Shown here: one piece after another, positions 1 through 10,379 of the stretch
Layout of the letters: the number at the start of each line of letters is the position of its first letter
Numbering within the stretch: the stretch's first letter is position 1
The notes under the pieces: model-generated
What the model was told of the DNA's origin: nothing
Databases searched by the model: none
The model's input: the letters and a program-made list of their open reading frames with translations, nothing else
Assembly (NCBI GenBank): GCA_027317865.1
Contig: DAHVQG010000004.1
Location: 64,001 to 128,000 of the forward strand
Length of the DNA: 64,000 nt
Reading direction: 5' to 3'
DNA from: Bdellovibrionales bacterium
GTDB taxonomy: Bacteria > Bdellovibrionota > Bdellovibrionia > Bdellovibrionales > UBA1609
Program-made: the position numbers and the translations under genes

Positions 1-430
1 AATCGAATTTTGCAAAAAGCCGTGTAAAGGCCGGATATAAAAATGAAATAAACAGCAAAACTGTTGCAATCCCAAATCCGGCTAAAAATTTGCCAATCGC
101 AATTTCAGTCGAGCTCACGGGAGACGTTAGAAGCAAATCGTACGTGTGAACTTTCTTCTCTTCGGACAAAAGACGCATGGTCAACGCCGGGAGCGTAAAA
201 ATCAATACCAGGTTCACAACCGAAATATGTTGAACAAATACTGTTGTCATGAGGCTTTGCCCGTGCCCCCCTTGCATCATCGACATCATTCCTTGCTCGG
301 CAAACTGTTGAAGAAATGTGCGATACATGATCGTCCAAACCAGAGTACAAAGGAAGGCAATCAAAAAGAATAGTGGGCTTGTGACCACCTGCTTAAAGTC
401 TTTGCGGGCGATAAGATAAATCTTTCGCAT
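1..430 (-). CDS. ABC-2 type transporter permease (GldF-like), partial, runs off window start
   Basis: Not in the ORF track. Manual translation from ATG at 430 (GGAG upstream) gives MRKIYLIARKDFKQVVTSPLFF...PALTMRLFSEEKKVHTYDLLLTSP...IAIGKFLA, a typical ABC-2 permease signature. Lies directly downstream of an ABC ATPase. Confidence 0.88.
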   Translation of the reverse strand, partial: MRKIYLIARKDFKQVVTSPLFFLIAFLCTLVWTIMYRTFLQQFAEQGMMSMMQGGHGQSLMTTVFVQHISVVNLVLIFTLPALTMRLLSEEKKVHTYDLLLTSPVSSTEIAIGKFLAGFGIATVLLFISFLYPAFTRLFAKFD

Positions 431-462
431 GTCCAACGCTCCTTATTCCTAAAGGGTGTCCC

Positions 463-1398
463 CTAATGTTGCGATGTAAGCTCAATAAAAATATTTTCGA
501 GACCGGCATCGGGTTGGGTCAGTTCGACAAGCCCCGCACGCTGGTTAACCGCCGCTTCAGCAATGGCTTCAAGGCTATCCTCGCTCATGTTCCCTTGAAC
601 GCGAATTTGCGTGCCGGACATATTCACATCCGTGACACCGGATACGCTTCGCAATGCTTCGGCCAGATTCGAAACATTTCTCCGTACGCGGATATAAACT
701 TGGCTGTTGCCACGCAAACGCTGAGTCAACCCACTTAAAGTATCTTCAGCCACAATTTTACCGCTATTGATGATAATGGCGCGATCGCACGTCGCCTGAA
801 CTTCAGATAGAATATGCGTCGACAATATAATGGTGTGACTGCCACGCAATTCCTGCAAAAGATTTCGTATCTCCGCTACTTGCCGCGGATCAAGGCCCAC
901 TGTCGGCTCGTCGAGGATCAAAATCTCAGGATCACTCACGATCGCTTGCGCCAACCCCACGCGTTGTCGATATCCTTTTGATAAATTTTGAATCAAACGC
1001 TTTCGGACATCGGTGAGCTGAGTTCGCTCCAAAGCCCGGGTTACCAAACCCGCTACGCGAGAGTTGTCTACACCCTTAAGGCGCGCGACGAAATCGAGAT
1101 AATCGCTCACGATCATGTCGCCATACAGAGGCGGCGTCTCGGGCAAATAGCCGATCCGCTTTTTAACCTCAAAGGGATCTTCAAATACATCGTATCCTGC
1201 GATTTCGACCTTTCCGGATGTCGGCGCCATGAAACCGGTGATGATTTTCATCGTCGTAGTTTTACCGGCGCCGTTTGGGCCGAGAAAACCAACCACTTCG
1301 CCTTTTTTAACAGAAAAATTGAGGCGATCGATGGCTCGACGTTCACCGTAGTTTTTGGTCAAATCGTGAATTTCGATCATGCTCGTTGTACCACTCAT
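463..1398 (-). CDS. ABC transporter ATP-binding protein (GldA/CcmA-like)
   Basis: Walker A GPNGAGKT, signature LSKGYRQR, Walker B ILILDEPT, H-loop STH. Confidence 0.93.
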   Translation of the reverse strand: MSGTTSMIEIHDLTKNYGERRAIDRLNFSVKKGEVVGFLGPNGAGKTTTMKIITGFMAPTSGKVEIAGYDVFEDPFEVKKRIGYLPETPPLYGDMIVSDYLDFVARLKGVDNSRVAGLVTRALERTQLTDVRKRLIQNLSKGYRQRVGLAQAIVSDPEILILDEPTVGLDPRQVAEIRNLLQELRGSHTIILSTHILSEVQATCDRAIIINSGKIVAEDTLSGLTQRLRGNSQVYIRVRRNVSNLAEALRSVSGVTDVNMSGTQIRVQGNMSEDSLEAIAEAAVNQRAGLVELTQPDAGLENIFIELTSQH

Positions 1399-1435
1399 GT
1401 TGTACCTCGTCGGGTATGATCATTAAAAACTCTAA

Positions 1436-2773
1436 CTATAAGCCGCTATCGTCAACTCTTTTGTAACCGCGCAAAACAAATTGGTGGATGAACGTGCGCG
1501 CATTTGAATAGTTGACTCGCCCGACACGATCGCCTTTGATAGGCCGCACATATCGACACTCTGCTACTAAAATGTCGAATTTGTCGCCTGAATGCCGTGA
1601 CGCCTTATCGCCAAATTGGGTTCTTAATAAGCACTGTGCGCACTCATGTAAATCTGAATCAGTCACGTGGTCGCCCTTGTTTATTTGAAGAATTCCGTGA
1701 CTCCCCGGATAGTCTTTTAAATGCAGCCATAAATGCCAAGGCCGGGCTGCTCGCAAAAGCCTTAGGTTGTCAGCGGCCGATTTGCCAACAAAAAACTGAA
1801 ATGAACGAATCGTAAACGTCCGCCCGCGAGATTGCGCTTGTGCTAACAACGTTTTACGCTCACGATTTGAATTTGAATCGCGGCGCTTTGATTCGAATTC
1901 GATTGCGGCGGAAGGTAACACCGCAGTTGAATCGATCCGGGCCATCTCTGATTTCAGTTCGCGAATTTGTGTTTCAATTTCGTCACGTCTTTTTTTTGTC
2001 CCGATTATTTTGGAGCGAAGTTGTTTGGCCTTTTCAAAACAATGGTTCAAATTCCACGAAAATGACTGTTTTATGTCGAGGCAACCGGCGACTTCTACGG
2101 GAGCGCCTTGCAATGTCTGCGCACTTAAAAGCCACTGGCCGGCTTGCGTCCATAGTTCATCGCGCTTACGCGAAAGCTCTTCGCTCACCTTCTCGAGTGT
2201 TCGCTCGAGTTTTAATAGACGCCTTTTCAGATCGTCTTGCACGCTTGACGCTTTAGCGGTCTTTAGCCGCACAAGTTTTAGCGAGACCGCTTTGGCCTCA
2301 GCGAACGCCGTTATCTGTGGCCCATCTGACCGAATGCGAATTTCAATCACCCGTTCTTGCGAAAAATATAGCCGGGCAGCTGCGGTCGCGTCTACATCGA
2401 CGTATTCGACATCAACAACCGAACCGCCCATGAAATGCGAACGCAAAAATAAAATAAGCGGCTTCGTTACTGAACGAACGTTTGAGTTTGGTTTTTCATC
2501 AAGCAACTTAAGTTGAGACGCAAAATCGGTTCGCGCATTTTTTGCGGGTGCGGCCTCGATTTCGAGCCATAATTTCCGGCCGCGCTCTAAACGGGGCGAA
2601 TTTTCGCCCGACTGATCAAATCCATAAAATTCGAAAAGAAGGCGGTTTGAACCGTAGAGCTCAACTCCTTGCAGACGAGCTGATCGCAAATTTTCAAGTG
2701 CCTTAAGCATAGGTTCAATTGTATGCTGAAATGCGTACAGCTCCAACAAGAGCCTATTTACTCCAGCACGCAA
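1436..2773 (-). CDS. NFACT-R (DUF814) domain protein, RqcH/FbpA-like
   Basis: Central coiled coil; C-terminal VGKSAADN...WLHLKDYPGSHG motif typical of NFACT-R. Start codon uncertain (2773 or 2710). Confidence 0.8.
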   Translation of the reverse strand: MRAGVNRLLLELYAFQHTIEPMLKALENLRSARLQGVELYGSNRLLFEFYGFDQSGENSPRLERGRKLWLEIEAAPAKNARTDFASQLKLLDEKPNSNVRSVTKPLILFLRSHFMGGSVVDVEYVDVDATAAARLYFSQERVIEIRIRSDGPQITAFAEAKAVSLKLVRLKTAKASSVQDDLKRRLLKLERTLEKVSEELSRKRDELWTQAGQWLLSAQTLQGAPVEVAGCLDIKQSFSWNLNHCFEKAKQLRSKIIGTKKRRDEIETQIRELKSEMARIDSTAVLPSAAIEFESKRRDSNSNRERKTLLAQAQSRGRTFTIRSFQFFVGKSAADNLRLLRAARPWHLWLHLKDYPGSHGILQINKGDHVTDSDLHECAQCLLRTQFGDKASRHSGDKFDILVAECRYVRPIKGDRVGRVNYSNARTFIHQFVLRGYKRVDDSGL

Positions 2774-4233
2774 CCTTTTTCAGACGAAACATATTTCGCG
2801 TCAGCGTGTAAGAATAGTGACAACCACGGGATCACCGCGCGCGTTCGCTTTTGCGCCCAATCGATTTCAAGCTTCGCCATCGGAACCTGTGGAACATAAG
2901 AGAAATTGCGGCAGCGGGCCGCCGAACTTTTCGAAACAAAAAGGCAACTGCAAGCCATTTTTGACATGTACCCAAGAGCCAAAGGAGCCGCCTTCAACCG
3001 CCAAAGCAAGCTCGATGGCTGCAACTTTGAAGGTTTCGCGACGCGTGGAACGTACTTTTTTACGATAACCGGTTCGCCTCGTACAAGACGAACGGTCTGT
3101 TTAATATAATTGCCAATCGGAAACGAATCATCGCGCGTGTCGCCGATTCGAACCGCGATCAAATGCAGGGACGGAATAACGACCAAATATTGACCCCAGT
3201 GGCCAATTGTCGCAACCGTATCCGGCGGCGCAAACGGCCATGGCGCCGGTACATTCAATGCGCTCGACTCTTTGCCAATAGCGGGCTTGTTTATCCAAAG
3301 CGTCGCACCCGAAACATCATGTATATGCGGATCGGCCGGCCGGCGCATGGTAAATGCCGGCGGAATAGTTTCCATAAAATCAATAAAATGTGGGTCAACC
3401 AACCGCTTGCCGTTAATCTTGCCGTGATCCAAAAAAATCTGCCCAAGGCGAGCCAAATCGCGCGCCGAACTATAAAAATAAAACGCTCCGCCGATCGTTC
3501 CCGAAAGATCCGACTCCCAAATCCAATGCTTCATCCCGAGCGGGGCGAACAATTTTTGGCGAAAAACCGAGCGTATATTTTGACCGGCATAGACTTTTTG
3601 TAAAATATTAGCCGCAAGTAACGAGTCGCCGCTTGAATAGCGCCATGACGTACCGGGTTTAATGCCCGGCTCTAGCGGATGACCTAAAACGTATGCCGCC
3701 ATGTCGCGATGTCCGACCCCGTACAACATGGCAATTACCGACGAAGCCAATATGTTGCCTTTTTCGTAAATTTCGTTCCATTTGAGTCCGCTTGACCACT
3801 GCAACAGATCCCCGACCGTGATGCCGCACTGGCCGGGTTGTATCGCCGTGACGTATTTGCAAATCGAATCGCTCAAATTCACCCGATGCTCTTTAAGCGC
3901 GACGCCATACAGTAGAGCCATAACGGTCTTCGACGTTGACCACATGATGTGCTTTTTGTCTTTGTTATAGCCGCGTGCGTACTGTTCAAATACGGTGCGA
4001 CCGTTTACAATAACAATCGCGCCATCGGTACGTTTACCCTGCCGCCGCGAGGGGTTTAGCGATGTCGGGGCGATCGAATTTTGGGCAAATAAAAACCGTT
4101 GGTATGCAGTCAAATTTTGAGCTGAAATTTTCTCCGCTCGAGCTTTCGATACAAAACCAAAGGTGGCCGCGCTCACAATGACGCAAAATAGTAATGCGAC
4201 GCTTTTTTGATACAAGTTTGGCCCCCCATTCAC
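2758..4233 (-). CDS. Exported serine hydrolase, beta-lactamase (class C/PBP-like) family
   Basis: Signal peptide; SxxK (WSTSKT), YSSGD, late GHWGQ motif. Confidence 0.88.
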   Translation of the reverse strand: MNGGPNLYQKSVALLFCVIVSAATFGFVSKARAEKISAQNLTAYQRFLFAQNSIAPTSLNPSRRQGKRTDGAIVIVNGRTVFEQYARGYNKDKKHIMWSTSKTVMALLYGVALKEHRVNLSDSICKYVTAIQPGQCGITVGDLLQWSSGLKWNEIYEKGNILASSVIAMLYGVGHRDMAAYVLGHPLEPGIKPGTSWRYSSGDSLLAANILQKVYAGQNIRSVFRQKLFAPLGMKHWIWESDLSGTIGGAFYFYSSARDLARLGQIFLDHGKINGKRLVDPHFIDFMETIPPAFTMRRPADPHIHDVSGATLWINKPAIGKESSALNVPAPWPFAPPDTVATIGHWGQYLVVIPSLHLIAVRIGDTRDDSFPIGNYIKQTVRLVRGEPVIVKKYVPRVAKPSKLQPSSLLWRLKAAPLALGYMSKMACSCLFVSKSSAARCRNFSYVPQVPMAKLEIDWAQKRTRAVIPWLSLFLHADAKYVSSEKGCVLE

Positions 4234-4245
4234 GACAAACAGCCT

Positions 4246-4743
4246 TTATTTGTACTGAATATTCACTATTTCAACAACCGATTCGCCGGCCGGCCGCTTG
4301 ATTACAACTTCATCACCTTCTCGCTTGCCCAAAAGAGCTCTGGCCAAAGGTGATTGCCATGAAATTTGGCCCGCTTCGGGAGCGATTTCGTCTAAACCCA
4401 CGATCGTATAAGTTTTTTTACCGCCTTCTTCATTTTCAACAGTAACAGTTGCGCCAAATAGGACGCGATCACCCGATTGATTTTTGGGATCGACAACCTG
4501 CGCGTCTTCGATTTTTTTCGTTAGCTGCCCAATTCGCCGGTCAATTTCGCGCAAACGACGCTTGCCGTAAATGTAATCCGCATTTTCGCTCCGGTCACCG
4601 TTACTCGCCGCCCAGGCAACAGTTGCCACAACGGATGGACGTTCATTGTTAATTAAACCGCGCAGCTCATCTTTGAGCTTCTGTAACCCTCTCGGAGTAA
4701 TATAGTTGGGCGATAACGGTTTTACAGATGGCGATTGCTTCAT
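4246..4743 (-). CDS. greB: Transcription elongation factor GreB
   Basis: NYITP..G, WAASNGDRSENADYIYGKRRLREIDRR, ISWQSPLARAL. Confidence 0.95.
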   Translation of the reverse strand: MKQSPSVKPLSPNYITPRGLQKLKDELRGLINNERPSVVATVAWAASNGDRSENADYIYGKRRLREIDRRIGQLTKKIEDAQVVDPKNQSGDRVLFGATVTVENEEGGKKTYTIVGLDEIAPEAGQISWQSPLARALLGKREGDEVVIKRPAGESVVEIVNIQYK

Positions 4744-4805
4744 TGAACTCCATTACATAATCGTCGATTGACAGATTTTATGCCAAATTTTTAATTGCCT
4801 AGATA

Positions 4806-5879
4806 GTGAAAATCAACACTCTTTCCAACCATTTTCAATCTGATCATTTTGACGGCCGTCATTTTCATAACCCTGACGGCAGCTGCTGCCAAAAAGCGAG
4901 CGAATGGCTCCGTTGGATGCTCACAGAACCAAAAGCACAGTGGCCGCCCCAAGTGCCCAATTTAATTAAGCCGCAAATTTTTGATCGTGCGCCTGGCCAT
5001 AAGCCGCTCGTCACTTTTGTTTTGCACGCCTGCTTTTTGATACAATGGCACGGACTCAATATTCTGATCGACCCCATTTATTCTCGACGATGCAGCCCCG
5101 TTCCGTTTTGTGGGCCCGCGCGCGTACGTGAACCTGCTGTTGAATTCGATAAACTCCCGCCGATCGATTTTGTTCTCATCAGTCACAATCACTACGACCA
5201 TTTAGACGGCAACACCGTTCGCCGTTTGGAAGCCGCCCACGCTCCACAATTTATTTGCGGATTAGGCGACAGATCGCTGCTTAAAAAATTCGGAGCAAAA
5301 CAAATCACGGAACTCGATTGGTGGCAATCAGCCCCACTATTCGGCGCGCTCAAAGTTACATTCACTCAAGCGCAGCACTGGTCCGGACGCGGTTGGTTTG
5401 ATCATATGAAGTCGCTGTGGGGCGGATTTTTTATTGAAAATTCGGACTGCCGCATTTATTTCGCCGGCGACACGGGATATGGACCGCACTTTAGGACTAT
5501 CCGCGAGCGCCTAGGGATTCCCGACTTGTCGCTTTTACCGGTCGGGGCGTATAAACCTCGCTGGTTTATGCGGGAGCATCACATGGACCCCGAAGATGCC
5601 GTTCATGCCCATCTCGATTTGCAATCTCGCCTTTCTGTCGGAATGCATTTCGGTTCATTTCAACTATCAAACGAAGGTGTCGATGCTCCCCGCGAAGATT
5701 TGGCCCGCGCACGTACATTAATGGGAATTCCCGAAAACAAATTTCGGATAATTGAATTTGGCCAAACCATCACGGTTGAACCGGTTCGTATGCCCATGGT
5801 CAAGACCGCTGATACGCCGGCAATTAAACCTACCGTCAAAATTGATAGAGAAACTCAACCGATTTATCAATCGCTTTAG
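4806..5879 (+). CDS. MBL-fold metallo-hydrolase (NAPE-PLD/RomA-like)
   Basis: HNHYDH metal motif, QHWSGRG, FAGDTGY, HMDPE, MHFG. Confidence 0.9.
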   Translation: MKINTLSNHFQSDHFDGRHFHNPDGSCCQKASEWLRWMLTEPKAQWPPQVPNLIKPQIFDRAPGHKPLVTFVLHACFLIQWHGLNILIDPIYSRRCSPVPFCGPARVREPAVEFDKLPPIDFVLISHNHYDHLDGNTVRRLEAAHAPQFICGLGDRSLLKKFGAKQITELDWWQSAPLFGALKVTFTQAQHWSGRGWFDHMKSLWGGFFIENSDCRIYFAGDTGYGPHFRTIRERLGIPDLSLLPVGAYKPRWFMREHHMDPEDAVHAHLDLQSRLSVGMHFGSFQLSNEGVDAPREDLARARTLMGIPENKFRIIEFGQTITVEPVRMPMVKTADTPAIKPTVKIDRETQPIYQSL

Positions 5880-6498
5880 GCCGCTGATTCTTATCTGCCA
5901 TTAGGTTAGAAAATTCCGAGTTGCCGAAGTAAATCTTCTTATTGTCTTTAACCATAACATCGTAAGTACGCTGACCACGCGAAATAGATTGCCCCCGACA
6001 CGGATGCCCGGTGACCTCTTTTTTTTCGCCAATTTGCCAATCGTCCCGATTACAATAGTGCGTCTCATTAAATTTTAGCGCTGTCGCTTGCGCGACTGGG
6101 GTTTCAAAAAAGCGGTTAATTATAAAATCAATTTTATATAGGTCGTGATTCGCAACCCGCTCAAGGCCCGTAATTTCGTAATTCCCCGAAAACGACCGGA
6201 TCTCTTCGAGCCCATCCATTAGACAATCTCTGTCAGAAAAAATATGTTGATCGCGTGTCCACGCATTATTTCTTGAGAAAAGAAGTGTATCTTCTACGTA
6301 GGTTCCATCTCCGATCTTATGACATTCGGCAAACCATTTACCTTTAAGTTTTATTTCGGGGTAAATCCTCTTTTGGGTGGTCTCGCTCAGTAATGCCCAT
6401 TTTTGTTGCTTATAGCCCGCGATCGCATTGGCCGCAACAATGAGCAAAAAGGCGCACAGTATTCTCCAACTGAACTTGTCGTCTAAATTCGCGTACAC
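5836..6498 (-). CDS. Hypothetical exported or membrane-anchored protein (~220 aa)
   Basis: 3' part of ORF 5836..6834. GTG at 6498 is in frame and preceded by GGGAGG. N-terminal hydrophobic segment; four Cys in the soluble part. Confidence 0.7.
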   Translation of the reverse strand: MYANLDDKFSWRILCAFLLIVAANAIAGYKQQKWALLSETTQKRIYPEIKLKGKWFAECHKIGDGTYVEDTLLFSRNNAWTRDQHIFSDRDCLMDGLEEIRSFSGNYEITGLERVANHDLYKIDFIINRFFETPVAQATALKFNETHYCNRDDWQIGEKKEVTGHPCRGQSISRGQRTYDVMVKDNKKIYFGNSEFSNLMADKNQRPKAIDKSVEFLYQF

Positions 6499-6666
6499 GT
6501 TTTGCCTCCCACTTGTGTGCAACGCTTTTGAATTGCAAATGCCGCTCCATGAGCCTTTGAACCGAAATTGGGGTGGGGGCGCGGAATTAATCCTCGCTCG
6601 CGGCGGGTTTTGTACGTTTAAAATAAGCTCACGCTGGTACAACCATTGCACTGTCTCGGAGCAACT

Positions 6667-7053
6667 ATGATTGATCTGGATGAGCAAAGGCGATTTCTTG
6701 AAAAACGCCGAAATGACATTTTGTCGCAAGAAAAATCCATCCGCACACAAGCGCTCGGGGAGCTTTCTCCTGAACAAACCGGCGAGATATCGGGCGCCCG
6801 TCTGCACCCCGCCGATTTGGGTTCCGACACACAAGAAATCGAAACTCTCGAAACGCTTTCAGAACGAAATATTCAAACATTACGCGATATTGACGACGCG
6901 TTTGAACGAATCGAAAGCGGCACATACGGCATTTGCGCGTCTTGCGGTAATACCATTGCCGCTGCCCGTCTTAAAATCTTACCCGAAACCCGTTTGTGCC
7001 AACAGTGTGAAATTCGATTGGAACAGTTGCCTTCGAAATCCCCGTTGGGGTAA
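6667..7053 (+). CDS. TraR/DksA family C4 zinc-finger protein
   Basis: Coiled coil, HPAD tip, GTYGICASC...RL..LPETRLCQQC; ATG at 6667 with GGAG RBS. Confidence 0.92.
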   Translation: MIDLDEQRRFLEKRRNDILSQEKSIRTQALGELSPEQTGEISGARLHPADLGSDTQEIETLETLSERNIQTLRDIDDAFERIESGTYGICASCGNTIAAARLKILPETRLCQQCEIRLEQLPSKSPLG

Positions 7054-7080
7054 GAAATGCCAAACCGAAAAGGGGGGATT

Positions 7081-7779
7081 ATGAAAACATTAGTACTCGG
7101 GCTTTTACTCGCGTTAGCTTATCAGCCCTGCGCTCAAGCGCTACAGTTTCAATTAGCACCGCCGTGCGGACGACACGCGTCTGTTGGCGAAGTTTGTTCA
7201 CTGCCAATTCTTGCATTGCATCCGACGCAATTTACACTTGGGATGATCGAAGTCCGAGCCCGCGCAGCGCAATTCGAAAGAAAAAAACCGGCGAAATTCG
7301 CGAAATACATGAAAAAGCATAACGTACCGGTCGTCATCGGTCCGGACGGCGTCTTTTATATGACCGATCACCACCACTTGTCCCGCGCGCTATATGAAGA
7401 CGGCGTCCGAACAGTCAATGCGCAAGTGACACACGACTGGTCGAATTTGAACAGGGCGCAGTTTTGGTCCCGGATGGAGTCAACAAAGCAAGTTTATCTC
7501 TATGAAGATGGCCGCGGACCGCTTTCACCGAGCGAACTTCCGAATAACATCTTACAGTTAAAAAATGACTACTACCGCAGTTTAGCTTGGGCCGTGTGTT
7601 CCCAAACGAAAGCATTCAAAAAAGAAAAGGTCCTCTTTTTTAGTTTTTATTGGGCCAATTTTTTCAGAGCGCGCATACCGGATTCACTCGTTCGCAATCA
7701 TTTTGAACAGGCGGTACAGTTAGGCGCTCAATTAGCACGTTCACCAGCGGCAAAAGGAATGCCCGGCTATCGCGGCTAA
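7081..7779 (+). CDS. Exported ParB-like nuclease-fold protein (ParBc_2 type)
   Basis: Signal peptide MKTLVLGLLLALAYQPCAQA; LHPTQFTLG, VPVVIGPDG..YMTDHHHL, LKNDYYRSLAW motifs. Confidence 0.8.
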   Translation: MKTLVLGLLLALAYQPCAQALQFQLAPPCGRHASVGEVCSLPILALHPTQFTLGMIEVRARAAQFERKKPAKFAKYMKKHNVPVVIGPDGVFYMTDHHHLSRALYEDGVRTVNAQVTHDWSNLNRAQFWSRMESTKQVYLYEDGRGPLSPSELPNNILQLKNDYYRSLAWAVCSQTKAFKKEKVLFFSFYWANFFRARIPDSLVRNHFEQAVQLGAQLARSPAAKGMPGYRG

Positions 7780-7792
7780 GATTTTCAAGCCA

Positions 7793-8878
7793 TCAGGGTT
7801 CAAAGCAAAACCAGCCACCGACGGGGAAATGGTCGGTGGCACCACTTCCGGTTACCGGGTCAAAAGCAAGCGGTTTGCCACTTGGCGAAATAAACTCGTG
7901 GTGCCGAAGCGGCCCAAAGCTCCCTTGCTGCAAATATTTTAAAAAGTTTTGCGAAACAATGATCTGATCAAAGACTTCCCAACGCTTGCCGGCTTCAAAA
8001 AAACAGGTGGCCCGCTCTTTGAGTAAGCTTTCGGCATAATCATCTATTGTTTGCTTGTTTGCGCCTGGGTGTGCGGCCTTAAAATCGGCCATCCGTTTTT
8101 TCAAATTGAATGACTCTTCCTCTAAGTTACGCAATTTCTCAGTCATGCTTAATCCAAGACCGGCTTTCATTTCCGGGCTGTCGGGTTCCGCATTGAAATC
8201 ACCCATAATGATAATATTCGCAATCGGATTTCGTGACAAAATTTGATCGGTGACTTTTTTTAAAAACCGCGCCGCTTGAAACCGCTGCAACGCCGACCAG
8301 TCACCCAGTTTTTTACTTGGCCAATGGTTTACAAAGACAATCAGCTCTTCATCGTTTGGTAACCTTAAATGATATTCGACGATGGGTCTGGTCAAAAGAC
8401 CGCCTGAAAATTCTTTGCGCCCAAACCGCTTACGTTGCCGCCATAACGGATCGTCTTCGCTCCAATAGATATGCGCAACGGGCCCCTTAAGCATTGGAAA
8501 CCGTGAAATTAGCCCCAAGTTATTGCCGCGATCGTCCGCCTGAGGAGCAACGCCGTGACTGGCAAGACCCGATTTTTTCATCAAAGGATGCCGTACAAGT
8601 TGTGTCAAAAAATCACCGTCAACTTCGACGACTGCCAATAAATCGGGCCCTTTGTTGTCGTTCATTGAAGAAACCAATTTGGCTACCGCTTCAACTTTTT
8701 TTATTTCACTCTGTTTGTTCGGAAGAAATTTCTTATCGTGAATCAATTTAAACGCGTTCATCGTCGCTAGAAGATGCCCGCAAGAATAATTTGCGGATTT
8801 CTGCCGAGTCACCCCAATCGCATATGCGGGAACAAAAAAAATCGCACCCGCAAGCAGCAGGCGTTTCAACTTAGTCAT
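7793..8878 (-). CDS. Exported endonuclease/exonuclease/phosphatase (EEP) family protein
   Basis: LAVVEV, VNHWPSK, MGDFN, FDQI, TDHFPV catalytic motifs; signal peptide from ATG 8878, which overlaps the upstream stop (ATGACTAA); N-terminal CGHLL. Confidence 0.88.
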   Translation of the reverse strand: MTKLKRLLLAGAIFFVPAYAIGVTRQKSANYSCGHLLATMNAFKLIHDKKFLPNKQSEIKKVEAVAKLVSSMNDNKGPDLLAVVEVDGDFLTQLVRHPLMKKSGLASHGVAPQADDRGNNLGLISRFPMLKGPVAHIYWSEDDPLWRQRKRFGRKEFSGGLLTRPIVEYHLRLPNDEELIVFVNHWPSKKLGDWSALQRFQAARFLKKVTDQILSRNPIANIIIMGDFNAEPDSPEMKAGLGLSMTEKLRNLEEESFNLKKRMADFKAAHPGANKQTIDDYAESLLKERATCFFEAGKRWEVFDQIIVSQNFLKYLQQGSFGPLRHHEFISPSGKPLAFDPVTGSGATDHFPVGGWFCFEP

Positions 8879-10379
8879 CGTAACCCGAAAGCAAATCATC
8901 GCAATTCAGCTCCAACTGAGCCGACATTTTTTCAAATAATTTACGCTCACCGCTATTTAACGAATTAAAAAGATATCGCCGCCCCAACGGGCTGGAGTCA
9001 ACCGCCCGCAAAAGGTTTTTAAAAAAATCACGATTATTCAGTAGCGATTGACCCTTAAATTTTTCACCTCGAAATATTCCGATCAATCGCTTGAAATTAT
9101 ATTCAGTGGCGGTGCCCCTTTCGGCCATCCCCAATAGATCCTTAAATAAATCAAGCGCTGTCATCGGGGGATAAAGGCTTTTTGAAATTCGTTTTTTCGC
9201 GACCTGCATATATATCGCCATCGAATCAGTTGAATAATCTTTACTTGAAGATGACGTTTCGTCCTTATTACGCCAGTGCGGCACTTCGCCCCAACCATCC
9301 GAAAAAGAGGAAAATAGTGTTCGCCTTTCTTTAAACAGATCGGGAGCGGGAACTTGATCTTTAGGTATAAAAGTCAACGATTCGGTTCGTTTAAGTGGAA
9401 ATTCATACCCAAGTTCCAGCGCCGCTTTCTTAACTAAATCGATAAAGGTTGGGTCTCTCACAATTTTCATCACGTCGAACATTTCGCCGAGAATAGTTTC
9501 ATGCGCGGATGGCACATCTGCCCCCGGCGTTGTGCTTACTCGGCCATCCGCCGTGCGATGAAACGGACCAAACATTTCATGCCATCCGGTGGTATATGTG
9601 AGCGATGACGTTACCTTAGGCAAATAAAACGGATGAACCGGGCCTTCGGTCGTTATGTGACTGCGCTCCGATTCTTTCAATTGTTCAATATTAAGCGATG
9701 GCCTAATCACGTTGCTTTCAGTGCCGCCGCTCATGCCTATGCCAACGAAATTAACGCGATCGTAAAGCTTCTTTAAATCGCCTCCTTGAAGCGAATAACT
9801 TTGGTAAGCGGCGCGAATCAACTGACGCGATTGACTCGTTGAACGCCAACTCGTTACATCAAAGACGACAAACGGATAATCGTCGTTCATCTTTTCGAAA
9901 CTCAGCCCATTGCTACGTAAAAAATCAAACAAAAGCTCTCTGTCGTTTTGTGACGACTCTGTTGTCGCATTATAATAGTGTGGAAAACTCGGCCCGCTGG
10001 CATCCAGGCGCCTCACGCGGTTCTGTTGACCGATTGATTGATAGAAACCATCAAGCAAATCGGTCAGAAGCGCAACGTCGCGCCCAAGTCCAAGATATGT
10101 CGCACCCGGAAAAGCTCTTTCCATTGACGCAATGATGATTGCCGCATTTTGCGGTGAAAGCGAAACACCGTTATAAAACGGATTTATTGACGGCCATGTA
10201 TTGATTCCATATTTTGCGTCCATCGCAGATACAAACTCGTTTACAGTCGGACGGTTTCTTTGCTCTAAAAGCATTTGAATTGAATCGGCCGACCTCACGT
10301 TCATGCCGGCGGCCCGGCGGCCGTTGAAAACGCCAACTGTAAAAACGCAAATAAACGCCAAGCTTATCCAATACTTCAT
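8871..10379 (-). CDS. Exported hypothetical protein, 'GRD' family paralog 3 (possible PRTase-like fold)
   Basis: Shares RPT.E, FPG.T...GRD, FY...GQ..RV.RL, D..S...Q.R and LGYEFP with 16785..18401 and 21594..23198; C-terminal CDDLL. Confidence 0.8.
   Translation of the reverse strand: MKYWISLAFICVFTVGVFNGRRAAGMNVRSADSIQMLLEQRNRPTVNEFVSAMDAKYGINTWPSINPFYNGVSLSPQNAAIIIASMERAFPGATYLGLGRDVALLTDLLDGFYQSIGQQNRVRRLDASGPSFPHYYNATTESSQNDRELLFDFLRSNGLSFEKMNDDYPFVVFDVTSWRSTSQSRQLIRAAYQSYSLQGGDLKKLYDRVNFVGIGMSGGTESNVIRPSLNIEQLKESERSHITTEGPVHPFYLPKVTSSLTYTTGWHEMFGPFHRTADGRVSTTPGADVPSAHETILGEMFDVMKIVRDPTFIDLVKKAALELGYEFPLKRTESLTFIPKDQVPAPDLFKERRTLFSSFSDGWGEVPHWRNKDETSSSSKDYSTDSMAIYMQVAKKRISKSLYPPMTALDLFKDLLGMAERGTATEYNFKRLIGIFRGEKFKGQSLLNNRDFFKNLLRAVDSSPLGRRYLFNSLNSGERKLFEKMSAQLELNCDDLLSGYDD

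Noticed and set aside
105-373. Short ORFs 105..350 (-) and 146..373 (+)
   Set aside because: They overlap the real permease gene (<1..430, minus strand) in other frames
6499-6834. N-terminal 112 aa of the 332-aa ORF 5836..6834
   Set aside because: Runs antisense to the DksA/TraR gene; a GGAGG-preceded GTG at 6498 is a better start
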